A stretch of DNA of 64,000 nt from Gammaproteobacteria bacterium (GTDB taxonomy: Bacteria > Pseudomonadota > Gammaproteobacteria > UBA4575), in NCBI GenBank assembly GCA_965243395.1, contig CBDEUS010000001.1, positions 384,001-448,000 of the forward strand. The letters run 5' to 3'. The notes below the pieces were generated by a model. The model did not search any database. It was not told where the DNA came from and saw only the letters and a program-made list of their open reading frames with translations. Shown here in pieces: positions 9,958 through 24,071 of this stretch; within the stretch, counting starts at the first letter, position 1, and each line of letters starts with the position of its first letter. The position numbers were made by a program, and so were the translations under genes.

Positions 9958-11046
9958 TTATAAATTTATTATTGAATCAACTACTTGTTCAATTTGCTCG
10001 TCAGACATCTCGGGATACATTGGCAAAGACAGACACTGTGAGCAAATGTTTTGAGTATTTGTTAAATATTCCGCACGTGAAACTGAAGAAAAAGCAGGTT
10101 GCTCTGAAAGAGGCATGGGATAAAAAATAGAATGTCCAATATTTTCTGTTGTCAATTTTTTAGATATTGCATCTCTTGACTGACTCAATATGGTGTATTG
10201 ATGGAAAACATGGGAAAGGTCTTCCTTGAAGTCGGGTGTTTGGATTATAGAATTATCTAGTAATTGGTTATATTTTTTTGCCACAGCAATTCGCTTAAGA
10301 TTGAAATCGTCAATGTATTTTAATTTTATTCTTAATATTGCAGCTTGAATTTCATCAAGTCGACTATTCCAACCAATAATTTCATGTTGATTGCGGACTT
10401 TGCTTCCATGTAGTTTCAAAAGCAAAAATTTTTCTGCGATTTTATCTGAATTAGTGATAAATAAACCTCCATCACCATAGCATCCTAAGTTTTTGCTCGG
10501 AAAAAAACTAAAGCATCCAGCATCACCAAAAGTTCCTGTTTTTTGCGAACCAATACGAGCTCCAAATGATTGAGCACAATCTTCAATTATTTTTAGTTTG
10601 TGATTACTAGCAACTTGGTTAATTGCTTGCATATCTGAAACTTGGCCAAAAATATGTACAGGTAAAATTGCCTTAGTCTTGTCCGTAATTGCAGCCTCAA
10701 TTGATTCTGCAGTTGCATTGAATGTAATCGGATCAATGTCTACAAAGACAGGTGTGGCTCCAGTATGGCAAATAGCTTCAGCGGTGGCGGCATAAGTGAA
10801 TGAAGTGGTGATGATTTCATCACCCAAGCCAATATCACATGCGCGAAGTGCTAAATGTAAAGCATCCGTTCCAGAATTACATGACAATGCATGTTTTACA
10901 CCTAAATATTCTGCAGCTTCAATTTCGAATTGTTTAACGTTAGGGCCCATGATAAAACTTGTGCTCTGAAGCACATCAGCAACGGCTGCATCTATCTCGT
11001 TTTTTAACATTGCATACTGCAATTTTAAGTCTAGCATTGGGATCAT
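9958..11046 (-). CDS. gnnB: DegT/DnrJ-family PLP aminotransferase, probably GnnB (UDP-3-keto-GlcNAc transaminase)
   Basis: SGTDAL, EDCAQ, SFFPSKNLGCYGDGG (PLP Lys) and NSRLDEIQAA; lies between a Gfo/Idh/MocA oxidoreductase and lpxB. Confidence 0.8.
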   Translation of the reverse strand: MIPMLDLKLQYAMLKNEIDAAVADVLQSTSFIMGPNVKQFEIEAAEYLGVKHALSCNSGTDALHLALRACDIGLGDEIITTSFTYAATAEAICHTGATPVFVDIDPITFNATAESIEAAITDKTKAILPVHIFGQVSDMQAINQVASNHKLKIIEDCAQSFGARIGSQKTGTFGDAGCFSFFPSKNLGCYGDGGLFITNSDKIAEKFLLLKLHGSKVRNQHEIIGWNSRLDEIQAAILRIKLKYIDDFNLKRIAVAKKYNQLLDNSIIQTPDFKEDLSHVFHQYTILSQSRDAISKKLTTENIGHSIFYPMPLSEQPAFSSVSRAEYLTNTQNICSQCLSLPMYPEMSDEQIEQVVDSIINL

Positions 11047-11089
11047 AACTAAGGATTGAGGAAGGTTAGAGTTTGAGTGCGTATATAAT

Positions 11090-12022
11090 TTAGGTTAATA
11101 GTTCACTTATTTTAATGGCTGTTTGCAATGCGCGCTTGGCATCTTGTCCTGTTACTTTAGGAGTTGTCTGATTTTCAATACAATCTAAAAAATGTTCTAT
11201 TTCTGTCTTTAATGCGTCAGCTTCATTAAAATTATTTTTATCAATCTCAATATTAGGGATTCCAGGATACATTTCACTATTCCCTTTACGGTAGATTGCA
11301 AGTTCACGATTTTGAAAATCGACAGATAAATATGCATCATGTTGAAAAATTCGCATTTTACGATCTGTTTTATTACTTACTCGACTGGCCGTAACATTTG
11401 CGACGCATCCGTTTTCAAACACAATACGGGCATTAACAATATCAATATCATTTGAAAGTACAGATGTCCCGCTTGCGTCTATTTTTTCGACTTCTGAATC
11501 AACAATATCTAAAATTATATCGATATCATGAATCATCAAATCAAGAACCACGCTCACCTCGGTACCACGGGGATTGTATGGTGCTAGGCGATGTGACTCT
11601 ATAAATCGAACTGCAGAAATTTCTTTTTCGATAGCCAGAATAGCAGGATTAAACCGTTCAAGGTGACCTACTTGTAAAATGGAATTATTTTTTTTTGCTA
11701 ACTCTATTAGTTGCTCAGCTTGTTTCACATTGGTAGTAATGGGTTTTTCAACTAATACGTGAGTATGGTGATTTAAAAAATCAGCAGCAATTTCATAATG
11801 AAGGTCAGTGGGAACCACAATGCTAACGGCATCGACATTACCAAGTAATTCATGATAGTCACTTAAAGCCTCACAGCCTGCTTCTTTTGCGACTTTTTCT
11901 GCATTGTTAATGTCTTTGTCAACTACAGCAAGTAACTTGCTGTTTTTCAGTGCTGAATATTTTTGTGCATGAAATTTGCCTAAATATCCTACACCAATGA
12001 CGGCAGTTCGTATCTCTGACAC
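11090..12022 (-). CDS. gnnA: Gfo/Idh/MocA oxidoreductase, probably GnnA (UDP-GlcNAc 3-dehydrogenase)
   Basis: VIGVGYLGKFHA, VEKPI, GHLERFNPA and DLMIHDID; GTG start; co-oriented with the aminotransferase and lpxB. Confidence 0.8.
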   Translation of the reverse strand: MSEIRTAVIGVGYLGKFHAQKYSALKNSKLLAVVDKDINNAEKVAKEAGCEALSDYHELLGNVDAVSIVVPTDLHYEIAADFLNHHTHVLVEKPITTNVKQAEQLIELAKKNNSILQVGHLERFNPAILAIEKEISAVRFIESHRLAPYNPRGTEVSVVLDLMIHDIDIILDIVDSEVEKIDASGTSVLSNDIDIVNARIVFENGCVANVTASRVSNKTDRKMRIFQHDAYLSVDFQNRELAIYRKGNSEMYPGIPNIEIDKNNFNEADALKTEIEHFLDCIENQTTPKVTGQDAKRALQTAIKISELLT

Positions 12023-12138
12023 TAGTTTTTAGGTATCCTTTTAATATGCTACAAAGTATACGAACTTTAAGTACCAAGACCTAACATTCATCCCATGCAA
12101 TAGTTCAATATTTAGCCAGTCTTGTTATACAGAAATTA

Positions 12139-12732
12139 ATGTCAATACAAAGTCTTGTATCAGAACATATCGCAGGTATAGATGAAGCTGGACGTGGCCC
12201 GCTTGCTGGTCCCGTTGTGGCAGCGTGTGTGATTTTGGAGCCTAATAGGCCTATTAATGACTTGGCAGACTCTAAGAGACTAAGCGCTAAGAAAAGAGAA
12301 GCTCTTTACGATGTAATTAAGTTAAACGCATATGCCTGGGGACTGGGATATGCAACTGCGAGCGAGATAGATAAAATCAATATTCATCAAGCAACTCTAC
12401 TGGCAATGTGTCGTGCATACTTTTCAATGCAGACAAATGCTAAACATGTTTATATAGATGGGCTACATTGTCCCAAGCTGCCTGTTCCATGCACCGCCGT
12501 TGTAAAGGGTGATCAAAAGGTAGCACAAATCAGTGCTGCTTCTATTCTTGCAAAGGTAACGCGTGATCGAGAAATGGAAAATCATCATCAAGATTTGCCC
12601 CAATATGGTTTCAATCAACACAAAGGTTATCCAACGGCTCAGCATATTGCCGCACTGAAAGAGTATGGTCCGTGTAAATTGCATCGTAAAAGCTATAAAC
12701 CAGTAAAAGATGTGCTCAGTATTACCAGTTAA
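12139..12732 (+). CDS. rnhB: Ribonuclease HII
   Basis: GIDEAGRGPLAGPV, DSKRLS, ISAASILAKVTRD and HKGYPT. Confidence 0.97.
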   Translation: MSIQSLVSEHIAGIDEAGRGPLAGPVVAACVILEPNRPINDLADSKRLSAKKREALYDVIKLNAYAWGLGYATASEIDKINIHQATLLAMCRAYFSMQTNAKHVYIDGLHCPKLPVPCTAVVKGDQKVAQISAASILAKVTRDREMENHHQDLPQYGFNQHKGYPTAQHIAALKEYGPCKLHRKSYKPVKDVLSITS

Positions 12733-12757
12733 TTATTAAAGTTACTTAAAATTTATA

Positions 12758-15700
12758 ATGTCGCAATTTGTTCATTTGCATTTACACACTGAGTATTCAC
12801 TGGTAGACAGTATTGTGCGCGTGCCGCGCTTAATGAGGAAATTAAGTGACTCTGGAATGTCGTCGGTAGCACTAACTGATTTTAATAATTTATTTGCACT
12901 CGTTAAGTTCTACCAAGCCGCACTAAAAAATGGAATCAAACCTATTATAGGTGTTGAAGCGCAAATTACAGGTTTATCTTCCAAAGATCCTAATTCGCGA
13001 GTAGTTTTTTTATGTAAAAACAATCAAGGATACCAAACACTCACGAAATTAGTGACTAGAAGTTATCTCGATGGTCAGCGAGGAAGTGGACCTACTATAG
13101 AGCGTGATTGGTTGACAGATTTAGGAAATGATTTGATTGTTCTTTCTGGCGCTCGTGATGGTGATGTAGGTCGAGCAATTGTTGCTGGAAATAAAAAGTT
13201 AGCAGAAGAATATCTATTATTTTGGCGAGAACACTTCAAAAATAACTATTACATTGAATTACAGCGAACGGATAGAGAAGAGGAAGAACTATATAACCAT
13301 CTGGCTGTAGAACTAGCCACAAATCATTCATTGCCGGTTGTTGCGAGCAATGATGTGCGTTTTATTGAACAAAGTGAATTTGATGCCCACGAAGTTCGCG
13401 TTTGTATCCATACAAGTAGAATTCTTAACGACCCAAGACGTCCGAAGCTGTACTCACCGCAACAATATTTGCGAAGTAAAGAAGAGATGCTGGAATTGTT
13501 TGAAGACATACCCGAGGCCATAACAAATAGTGTCGAAATTGCAAAACGTTGCAATGTTACTTTGACGTTTGGCGATAATGTGCTGCCAGAATTTCCAATT
13601 CCTGAAACATATACTTTGCAACAGTACATGCGTGAGCAGGCCGAAAAAGGGTTGCAGAAACGTTTAAAAAAATTACACATTCAGGATCTAGATACAAACA
13701 AGGCATATATAGAACGTTTAGATGTCGAATTAGATGTAATCGATTCTATGGGTTATGCGGGCTATTTTTTAATCGTTGCTGATTTTACCCGTTGGGCAAA
13801 AGAAAATGCGGTACCCGTAGGGCCGGGCCGAGGTTCGGGTGCAGGTTCATTAGTGGCTTATGCGTTAGGTATTACCGATGTTGATCCGCTTAAGTACGAT
13901 TTACTCTTTGAACGCTTTCTCAATCCAGAGCGTGTATCTATGCCAGATTTTGATATCGATTTTTGCATGGATAATCGAGATCGCGTTATCGAGTATGTTT
14001 CACAACGTTACGGTCGAACGCGTGTAAGCCAAATCATTACTTATGGAAGTATGGCCGCTCGAGCTGTGGTTCGAGATGTGGGACGCGTATTAGGCCACCC
14101 TTATGGTTTCGTTGACCGAATTGCCAAACTTATTCCATTTGAAGTGGGGATGACATTGGAAAAAGCATTGGAGCGGGAGCCTGCTTTACAAGAGCAATAT
14201 AAAAACGAAGAAGACGTAAAAAGTGTAATCGATATGGCCTGCATTTTAGAAGGTTTAGCGCGCAATGCAGGAAAACATGCGGGCGGAGTAGTGATTGCGC
14301 CTACTGAGCTTACTGCATTTACACCACTATACTGTGAAGCAGGCGGCACAAACATTGTTACACAACTTGACAAAGATGATGTTGAGGCAATTGGCCTGGT
14401 TAAATTTGACTTTTTAGGCTTACGTACACTTACAATTATCGATAACACTGTTCGTTTAGTTAACGAAAAGTTGAAGCTACAAAATCAAAACTTGATTGAC
14501 GTGGATAATTTACCACTCGATGATCCAGCAACTTATGAAACTCTTAAACAACAAAAAACCACAGCAGTATTTCAACTTGAGTCCAGTGGTATTAAAGATA
14601 TCATCAAACGTCTTCAGCCAGATAAGTTTGATGATATTGTCGCATTAGTTGCCTTGTACCGGCCGGGACCACTGCAATCAGGCATGGTGGATGATTTTAT
14701 TTTACGTAAGCATGGCGCACGCGTAGATTATTTCCATCCAGATATCGAACATATATTACAACAAACCTATGGAGTCATCCTATATCAAGAGCAAGTAATG
14801 CAAATTGCTCAAGTGTTAGCGGGTTACACATTAGGAGGTGCTGATTTATTGCGTCGTGCAATGGGTAAAAAGAAACCTGAAGAAATGGCAAAACAAAGAG
14901 AAATTTTTGTTACCGGTGCCGTTGAACGGGGTGTAGCTAAAGCTTTAGCCAGTCATATTTTTGATTTGATGGAAAAATTTGCGGGTTATGGTTTTAATAA
15001 GTCGCATTCTGTTGCATATGCATTGTTGGCTTATCAAACCGCATGGCTGAAAACTCATTTTCCTGCAGAATTCATGTCTTCGGTGATGTCATCAGACCTA
15101 GATAATACGGACAAGGTCGTAAACTTGATTGATGAATGTCGCGGTATGAATATCGAAGTGCAGTCACCAAATATAAATCGTTCTAATTACAATTTTACCG
15201 TACCGGCCGAGAATATTGTTCTCTATGGATTGGGTGCTTTAAAAGGCGTGGGGCAGGCAGCGGTGGAGGAAATGGTAAGTGAAAGAATTGAAAATGGCGA
15301 ATTTCGAGATCTGGATGATTTTTGTATGCGATTAGGGCCGCAAAAAGTGAATCGCCGTTGTATCGAAGCGTTAATACGTGCAGGTGCGATGGATTGTTTT
15401 GGTTATACGCGAGCCAGTTTATTTCAACATTTAGATAAATCACTACGATTTGCAGAACAACGCCAGCGGGATAGCGAGGCTGGTCAGAACGATATGTTTG
15501 GTCATGCAGAAGTCAGCATGAAAACAAGTAAAGTCCAAGAAATACCTGAGTGGGAAGACGAAAGAAAATTACTGGGTGAAAGAGAAACGTTAGGGTTATA
15601 TTTAACCGGCCATCCTATAACGCGTTATCACGATGAGCTTAATAAAATTACCAGTAAGAACATTAAAGAGCTATTAGCTTATGGGAATGACCTAGCACCA

Positions 15701-16255
15701 CGCCATTCTTGGCAGGCGCGCGACGATTCTAAAACAGTGTTAGTTGCAGGGCTATTAGACCAAATAAGATTGAGGAATAGTCCTAAAGGCCGTATTGCTT
15801 TTCTATCTTTAGATGACAATACAGGGCGAATTGATGTCGCTGTATTTTCCGATGATTATGTAAAGTTTGATCATGTATTAATTAAAGATGCAATCTTAAT
15901 AATTAAAGGCAGTTTGGGTTGGGATGAATATACTGGTCGCGTACGTTTACGTGCTAATGATATATGGAGTTTTGATGAATATTTAAAACAATTTGGAGCA
16001 CTATTAAATATCAAAATAAAATCCAATAAAGACTCGTTAAACTGGGTCCAGGATTTACAACAACTGCTCTTACCTTTCAAGGACGGTAATTGCTCAATAA
16101 CAGTTGAATATCAAAATAACTCTATGGCGGCTCAATTTAAGTTTCCTGAAAACTGGAATATTTCTCTAGATGAAAAACTATTGAATCGCTTAAGTAAAGT
16201 ATCTGAGGTATTAGATACCAATGTCATATACAAGAAACAAGGTATTAATGCATAA
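12758..16255 (+). CDS. dnaE: DNA polymerase III alpha subunit
   Basis: [28 protein letters not shown] and [11 protein letters not shown]; no intein seen. Confidence 0.98.
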   Translation: MSQFVHLHLHTEYSLVDSIVRVPRLMRKLSDSGMSSVALTDFNNLFALVKFYQAALKNGIKPIIGVEAQITGLSSKDPNSRVVFLCKNNQGYQTLTKLVTRSYLDGQRGSGPTIERDWLTDLGNDLIVLSGARDGDVGRAIVAGNKKLAEEYLLFWREHFKNNYYIELQRTDREEEELYNHLAVELATNHSLPVVASNDVRFIEQSEFDAHEVRVCIHTSRILNDPRRPKLYSPQQYLRSKEEMLELFEDIPEAITNSVEIAKRCNVTLTFGDNVLPEFPIPETYTLQQYMREQAEKGLQKRLKKLHIQDLDTNKAYIERLDVELDVIDSMGYAGYFLIVADFTRWAKENAVPVGPGRGSGAGSLVAYALGITDVDPLKYDLLFERFLNPERVSMPDFDIDFCMDNRDRVIEYVSQRYGRTRVSQIITYGSMAARAVVRDVGRVLGHPYGFVDRIAKLIPFEVGMTLEKALEREPALQEQYKNEEDVKSVIDMACILEGLARNAGKHAGGVVIAPTELTAFTPLYCEAGGTNIVTQLDKDDVEAIGLVKFDFLGLRTLTIIDNTVRLVNEKLKLQNQNLIDVDNLPLDDPATYETLKQQKTTAVFQLESSGIKDIIKRLQPDKFDDIVALVALYRPGPLQSGMVDDFILRKHGARVDYFHPDIEHILQQTYGVILYQEQVMQIAQVLAGYTLGGADLLRRAMGKKKPEEMAKQREIFVTGAVERGVAKALASHIFDLMEKFAGYGFNKSHSVAYALLAYQTAWLKTHFPAEFMSSVMSSDLDNTDKVVNLIDECRGMNIEVQSPNINRSNYNFTVPAENIVLYGLGALKGVGQAAVEEMVSERIENGEFRDLDDFCMRLGPQKVNRRCIEALIRAGAMDCFGYTRASLFQHLDKSLRFAEQRQRDSEAGQNDMFGHAEVSMKTSKVQEIPEWEDERKLLGERETLGLYLTGHPITRYHDELNKITSKNIKELLAYGNDLAPRHSWQARDDSKTVLVAGLLDQIRLRNSPKGRIAFLSLDDNTGRIDVAVFSDDYVKFDHVLIKDAILIIKGSLGWDEYTGRVRLRANDIWSFDEYLKQFGALLNIKIKSNKDSLNWVQDLQQLLLPFKDGNCSITVEYQNNSMAAQFKFPENWNISLDEKLLNRLSKVSEVLDTNVIYKKQGINA

Positions 16256-16263
16256 TTACTATC

Positions 16264-17226
16264 ATGAATCCTGACTATCTTGATTTTGAACAACCTATTG
16301 TTGAGCTTGAGGCAAAAATTGATGAATTGCGTTTAGTCGAAAGTGACAATGAATTTAATCTCAATGAAGAAATCTCAAAATTGCAAGTCAAGTCACAAGG
16401 CTTAATCGAATCAATATTTTCTAATTTAAGTCCCTGGCAAGTTGCCCAGCTTGCACGTCATTCAAAAAGACCTTACACCCTTGATTATGTCGAAAGATTA
16501 TTTACCAATTTCGTCGAACTTCACGGTGATCGGATGTATGCGGATGATTCTGCTATCGTGTCAGGGGTTGCGAAATTTGAGGGAAAATCGGTTGCGATTA
16601 TAGGGCATCAAAAAGGACGAAATACTAAAGAAAACATCAAACGCAATTTTGGCATGCCACGACCCGAGGGTTATCGCAAAGCTTTGCGTATTATGGAATT
16701 AGCAGAAAGATTTAAAATGCCTATTTTAACTTTTATCGACACCCCGGGTGCATATCCTGGCATTGGTGCAGAGGAACGTGGCCAAAGTCAGGCAATTGCT
16801 TTGAATTTGGAGCGAATGTCATCCCTACGTGTACCTATTATATGTACCGTTATAGGTGAAGGCGGATCTGGTGGAGCATTAGCAATCGGGGTTGGCGATC
16901 ATTTAGCGATGCTTAGTTACAGCACCTATTCTGTTATTTCTCCGGAAGGGTGTGCTTCGATTTTATGGAAAGATGCCGCTAAAGCTGAAGATGCTGCGAT
17001 AGCGTTGGGAATTACGGCACCACGTTTAAAAGAGCTGGGCTTAATTGATGAAATCATTGAAGAGCCTCTAGGTGGGGCGCATCGAGATATTGATTTGACA
17101 TCTGAAAATGTTCGCCAGTCTCTTACTAAGAGCTTGGATAGGCTCCAATCTCAATCTATTGATCAGTTGATGTCCACCCGCTTTAAAAGACTCACATCTT
17201 ATGGAGAATACAAAGAATCTAGTTAG
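16264..17226 (+). CDS. accA: Acetyl-CoA carboxylase carboxyltransferase alpha
   Basis: [21 protein letters not shown] and [10 protein letters not shown]. Confidence 0.97.
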   Translation: MNPDYLDFEQPIVELEAKIDELRLVESDNEFNLNEEISKLQVKSQGLIESIFSNLSPWQVAQLARHSKRPYTLDYVERLFTNFVELHGDRMYADDSAIVSGVAKFEGKSVAIIGHQKGRNTKENIKRNFGMPRPEGYRKALRIMELAERFKMPILTFIDTPGAYPGIGAEERGQSQAIALNLERMSSLRVPIICTVIGEGGSGGALAIGVGDHLAMLSYSTYSVISPEGCASILWKDAAKAEDAAIALGITAPRLKELGLIDEIIEEPLGGAHRDIDLTSENVRQSLTKSLDRLQSQSIDQLMSTRFKRLTSYGEYKESS

Positions 17227-17263
17227 ATGATTTGGCATTCAAAATTTGTGACAGATTAATCTA

Positions 17264-18541
17264 ATGTCTTTTCCAATTTCGTTATTGCAACGATTTTTTT
17301 CTGATTACCAACATCTAGTAAAATTTTATGTCGCCTACAGCGGGGGCTTGGATTCAACTGTGCTGTTGCATGCAATGCACACGGAAAAATTACCAATTCA
17401 TGCTATACATGTAAATCATCATTTACAAAAGGAATGTGATAGTTGGCAAAAACACTGTGAAGCAGTTTGTAAACAATGGGGAATTGCAATTTCAATTAAA
17501 CATGCTGAAATCCAAAATATTCCGCAAAAGAGTTTAGAAGATCTTGCAAGAGACGCTCGTTATAAACTGCTGGAAGAAATGTTGGATTCAAACTCAGCGA
17601 TTGTTACAGCTCATCATCAAGATGATGTGGCTGAAACCATTTTATTGCAACTTCTTCGTGGTTCAGGACCGGCAGGACTTGCCGCTATGCCGGAAGTTAA
17701 AAAGCTAATCCGCGGTTTTCATCTACGGCCAATGCTTCGCGTTAGTCGTAAAGAACTTTTATCTTATGCAAATGAACATGGATTAGATTGGGTAGATGAT
17801 CCCAGTAACAATGAATGTGATTTTGACCGTAATTATTTGCGTAATGAAGTGTTACCAAAAATAATCAAGCGTTGGCCAGCCGCACAAAAAACTTTGGCTA
17901 GATCCGCTGAATTACAGGCACAGACGCTAAGTTGTTTACATGAACTTGCCAAAATAGATCTTCGAGAATCTAATACTGATGAAAGTAATATTCTTGAAAT
18001 TTCTACATTGCAGGCGCTTAGTGATGAAAGATTAAGCAATGTGCTGCACTATTGGATTCAATCACACAATTTGCGCACACCGAGTAGAAAAATTTTGCAA
18101 CAAGTAATATCCGATATTGTTCGCAAGCAAGAGATCGAAACATCACCTATGCAATCGTGGAAAGAAGGCGAAATCAGGCGTTTTCAAAACCGCTTGTACT
18201 TGATGGAGCACTTATCAATGCATGACCCTAGTCAAGAGTTTCGATGGAAAATTAATCAACCATTGTTTATTGAAAGTCTCAATCGAACATTGTTACCTCA
18301 AGAACTGATAGAAAATAATATTGCTGTGCCTGAAGGAGCCAATGAGCTAATCGTACGATTTAGACAGGGTGGCGAGCGATTAAAGCTGGTTGGCCAAACT
18401 CAGCATAGGTCATTGAAAAATTTACTTAATCAAGCAGGGGTGCCACCATGGGAACGCTCCCGAATTCCGTTGCTATATCATGGTGATCAGCTAATTTCAG
18501 TGTTAGGTTATTGGAATGTGGATCAATTTTGTGAAACATAA
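17264..18541 (+). CDS. tilS: tRNA(Ile)-lysidine synthetase
   Basis: AYSGGLDSTVL, AHHQDDVAET, DPSN...RNYLR and C-terminal VPPWER. Confidence 0.95.
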   Translation: MSFPISLLQRFFSDYQHLVKFYVAYSGGLDSTVLLHAMHTEKLPIHAIHVNHHLQKECDSWQKHCEAVCKQWGIAISIKHAEIQNIPQKSLEDLARDARYKLLEEMLDSNSAIVTAHHQDDVAETILLQLLRGSGPAGLAAMPEVKKLIRGFHLRPMLRVSRKELLSYANEHGLDWVDDPSNNECDFDRNYLRNEVLPKIIKRWPAAQKTLARSAELQAQTLSCLHELAKIDLRESNTDESNILEISTLQALSDERLSNVLHYWIQSHNLRTPSRKILQQVISDIVRKQEIETSPMQSWKEGEIRRFQNRLYLMEHLSMHDPSQEFRWKINQPLFIESLNRTLLPQELIENNIAVPEGANELIVRFRQGGERLKLVGQTQHRSLKNLLNQAGVPPWERSRIPLLYHGDQLISVLGYWNVDQFCET

Positions 18542-18709
18542 TCTTGAGCTGTGAAACCAAATTAATAGCAGCTTATTGCTATAGGCAGATTGAGGTTAAG
18601 CTCTTCATTTGATACGCTTTTCTCCCGTCTTGAATACATTCTCTACTAATCTTTCGCGCTAATGAGTACTTCCCTCTTGGTGTGTGAGCTTAGTGTTAGC
18701 GAGGGCTAA

Positions 18710-20431
<1,722 letters not shown>

Positions 20432-21271
20432 ATGAAAATCTGTGACTTTGAAGTAGGGCTAAAGCAGCCCTTTTTCTTGATTGCCGGACCATGTGTTATA
20501 GAAAGCATAGAGTTGGCGCGAGATTCTGCGGGTACGCTACAAGAAATCACTCAGACATTAGATATTCCATTCATATATAAATCTTCTTTTGATAAAGCAA
20601 ATCGGTCTTCAATTGAGAGTTTTCGTGGATTAGGAATGGAACAGGGATTGCAAATTCTTGCGCAAGTAAAAAAAGAATTGAATCTACCGGTTCTTACTGA
20701 TGTGCATGAAGACACACCTTTAGATGAAGTTGCTGAAGTAGTAGATGTATTACAAACACCCGCTTTTTTATGTCGACAAACAAATTTTATTCAACGCGTG
20801 TCGGCGACTAATCTTCCAGTAAATATCAAGAAAGGCCAATTTTTATCCCCAGTTGAAATGAAACATGTAGTAAAGAAAGCTAAAGCTCAGGGGAATGAAA
20901 ATATAATGGTATGCGAACGAGGTGCTTCATTTGGATATAACAATCTAGTATCGGATATGCGTTCATTAGTGATCATGCGTGATACCGGATGCCCAGTGGT
21001 ATTCGATGCAACCCATTCAGTACAATTACCTGGAGGGAATGATGGTAGCTCAGGAGGTCAGAGTGAGTTTGTCCCTGTGTTAGCCAGAGCGGCTATAGCA
21101 AGCGGTGTGTCAGGATTATTTATAGAAACTCACCCAAACCCTGAGTTAGCAAAGAGTGATGGCCCAAACTCATGGCCATTGTCTAAAATTAAAGCGTTGT
21201 TAGAACAATTGAAAGAAATTGATCAAATTGTAAAACGTTCAGGTTTTATCGAACAGGAAGTAATGAACTAA
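20432..21271 (+). CDS. kdsA: KDO 8-phosphate synthase
   Basis: [19 protein letters not shown] and FDATHSVQ. Confidence 0.97.
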   Translation: MKICDFEVGLKQPFFLIAGPCVIESIELARDSAGTLQEITQTLDIPFIYKSSFDKANRSSIESFRGLGMEQGLQILAQVKKELNLPVLTDVHEDTPLDEVAEVVDVLQTPAFLCRQTNFIQRVSATNLPVNIKKGQFLSPVEMKHVVKKAKAQGNENIMVCERGASFGYNNLVSDMRSLVIMRDTGCPVVFDATHSVQLPGGNDGSSGGQSEFVPVLARAAIASGVSGLFIETHPNPELAKSDGPNSWPLSKIKALLEQLKEIDQIVKRSGFIEQEVMN

Positions 21272-21289
21272 GAATAACAAGGAATTTAA

Positions 21290-22567
<1,278 letters not shown>

Positions 22568-22570
22568 GTT

Positions 22571-22864
22571 GTGAAAGTCATCATAATAATCCTTAGTGTG
22601 CTTTTCTTTTTATTGCAATATAAATTGTGGTTTGGTGATGCGAGTGTGAGTGATGTTATGGAACTTAAACAAACGATCAAAGAGCAACAAGCTAGGAATG
22701 AGCAAATAAAACAACGCAATGCAGTACTTGCTGCGGAAGTTGAAGATCTCAAAACAGGTCTTGAGGCTATTGAAGAACGCGCAAGAAGTGAGTTAGGTAT
22801 GATAAAAAAAGATGAAACCTTTATTCATATCGTAGAAGGTGACTCGAAAGAAAAAAACAAATAA
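22571..22864 (+). CDS. ftsB: Cell division protein FtsB
   Basis: N-terminal TM helix, LQYKLWFG and EERARSELGMIK; between eno and ispD. Confidence 0.93.
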   Translation: MKVIIIILSVLFFLLQYKLWFGDASVSDVMELKQTIKEQQARNEQIKQRNAVLAAEVEDLKTGLEAIEERARSELGMIKKDETFIHIVEGDSKEKNK

Positions 22865-23583
22865 TGATGACCGCAGCATTGCGATACTGGGCTATTATTC
22901 CCGCAGCTGGGATTAGCCATCGAATGGGGTCCACTACACCAAAACAATATTTACCTATCCATAATACAACGGTTATCGAGGCTTCATTAAACTGTTTTTT
23001 AAATCACCCTAAAGTAAGTGGTGTGGTTGTGGCATTACATAAAGAAGATCAGAACTGGGGCAAGCTTGATATAGATAATAATCAGAAAATACACACAGTA
23101 GTAGGCGGCGAATCTCGAGCTGACTCGGTGATAAATGCAGTCGAGTATTTGAAAAAAACTCCTGCAAAAGACACAGATTTTGTATTAGTGCATGATGCTG
23201 CACGTCCGTGTTTACGATGCAGTGATTTAGATTTGTTGATTTCAAAACTGGAAAATGACGAGGTAGGAGGGATTCTGGCTTCGACCGTCAGTGATACCCT
23301 GAAGCAGGCAAAAAGCAAAGAACTAACTTTTAACGTCGTAAGTGAAACGCTAGATCGCAACAAAGTATGGCGCGCATTCACTCCTCAAATGTTTCGGCTC
23401 AAATTCTTAAAACAAGCACTTGCTCATTGTTCAGAGAAAAATATCACGATTACGGATGAGGCATCTGCTATAGAAGCCATAAAATTGCCTGTCAAACTTG
23501 TAAAAGGGCATAGTGATAACATTAAAATCACACATCAAGAAGATTTAGAACTTGCAGAATTGATTTTGAAGAAACGAGAATGA
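22864..23583 (+). CDS. ispD: 2-C-methyl-D-erythritol 4-phosphate cytidylyltransferase
   Basis: IPAAG...PKQY, LVHDAARP, TPQMF and NIKIT. Confidence 0.96.
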   Translation: MMTAALRYWAIIPAAGISHRMGSTTPKQYLPIHNTTVIEASLNCFLNHPKVSGVVVALHKEDQNWGKLDIDNNQKIHTVVGGESRADSVINAVEYLKKTPAKDTDFVLVHDAARPCLRCSDLDLLISKLENDEVGGILASTVSDTLKQAKSKELTFNVVSETLDRNKVWRAFTPQMFRLKFLKQALAHCSEKNITITDEASAIEAIKLPVKLVKGHSDNIKITHQEDLELAELILKKRE

Positions 23584-24071
23584 TAATGACAAGAGTAGGA
23601 TTTGGTTACGACTCTCACCGCTTCAATAGCGGTGAATTTATCATGCTTGGGGCAGAAAAAATTCCATTTGAAAAGGGATTGGATGCGCATTCAGATGGTG
23701 ATGTATTGCTGCATGCATTATGTGATGCCTTATTGGGTGCAGCTGCAATGGGAGACATTGGCAAACATTTTCCAGATAGTGATCCTGATTACAAAGATAT
23801 CGATAGCAGTTCTCTGGTAGCAAAAGTTATTCAAGAACTAGAAAATAAAAATTTTAAAGTGGGCAATATTGATTGCACAGTCATTCTAGAAAAGCCAAAG
23901 TTAGTTTCATATATACCTGCTATGCAGAAAAATATTAGTACTTTAGTCAATACTTCTTTAACAAATGTAAATGTTAAAGCCACAACCAATGAGAGCATGG
24001 GCTTTATCGGGCGCGGAGAAGGAATTGCTGCATACGTTGTTATTACATTGCTGCAAGAAAATGTTAATTAA
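23580..24071 (+). CDS. ispF: MECDP synthase
   Basis: RVGFGYDSH, HSDGDVLLHALCDA, GDIGKHFPD and KATTNESMG. Confidence 0.96.
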   Translation: MIMTRVGFGYDSHRFNSGEFIMLGAEKIPFEKGLDAHSDGDVLLHALCDALLGAAAMGDIGKHFPDSDPDYKDIDSSSLVAKVIQELENKNFKVGNIDCTVILEKPKLVSYIPAMQKNISTLVNTSLTNVNVKATTNESMGFIGRGEGIAAYVVITLLQENVN

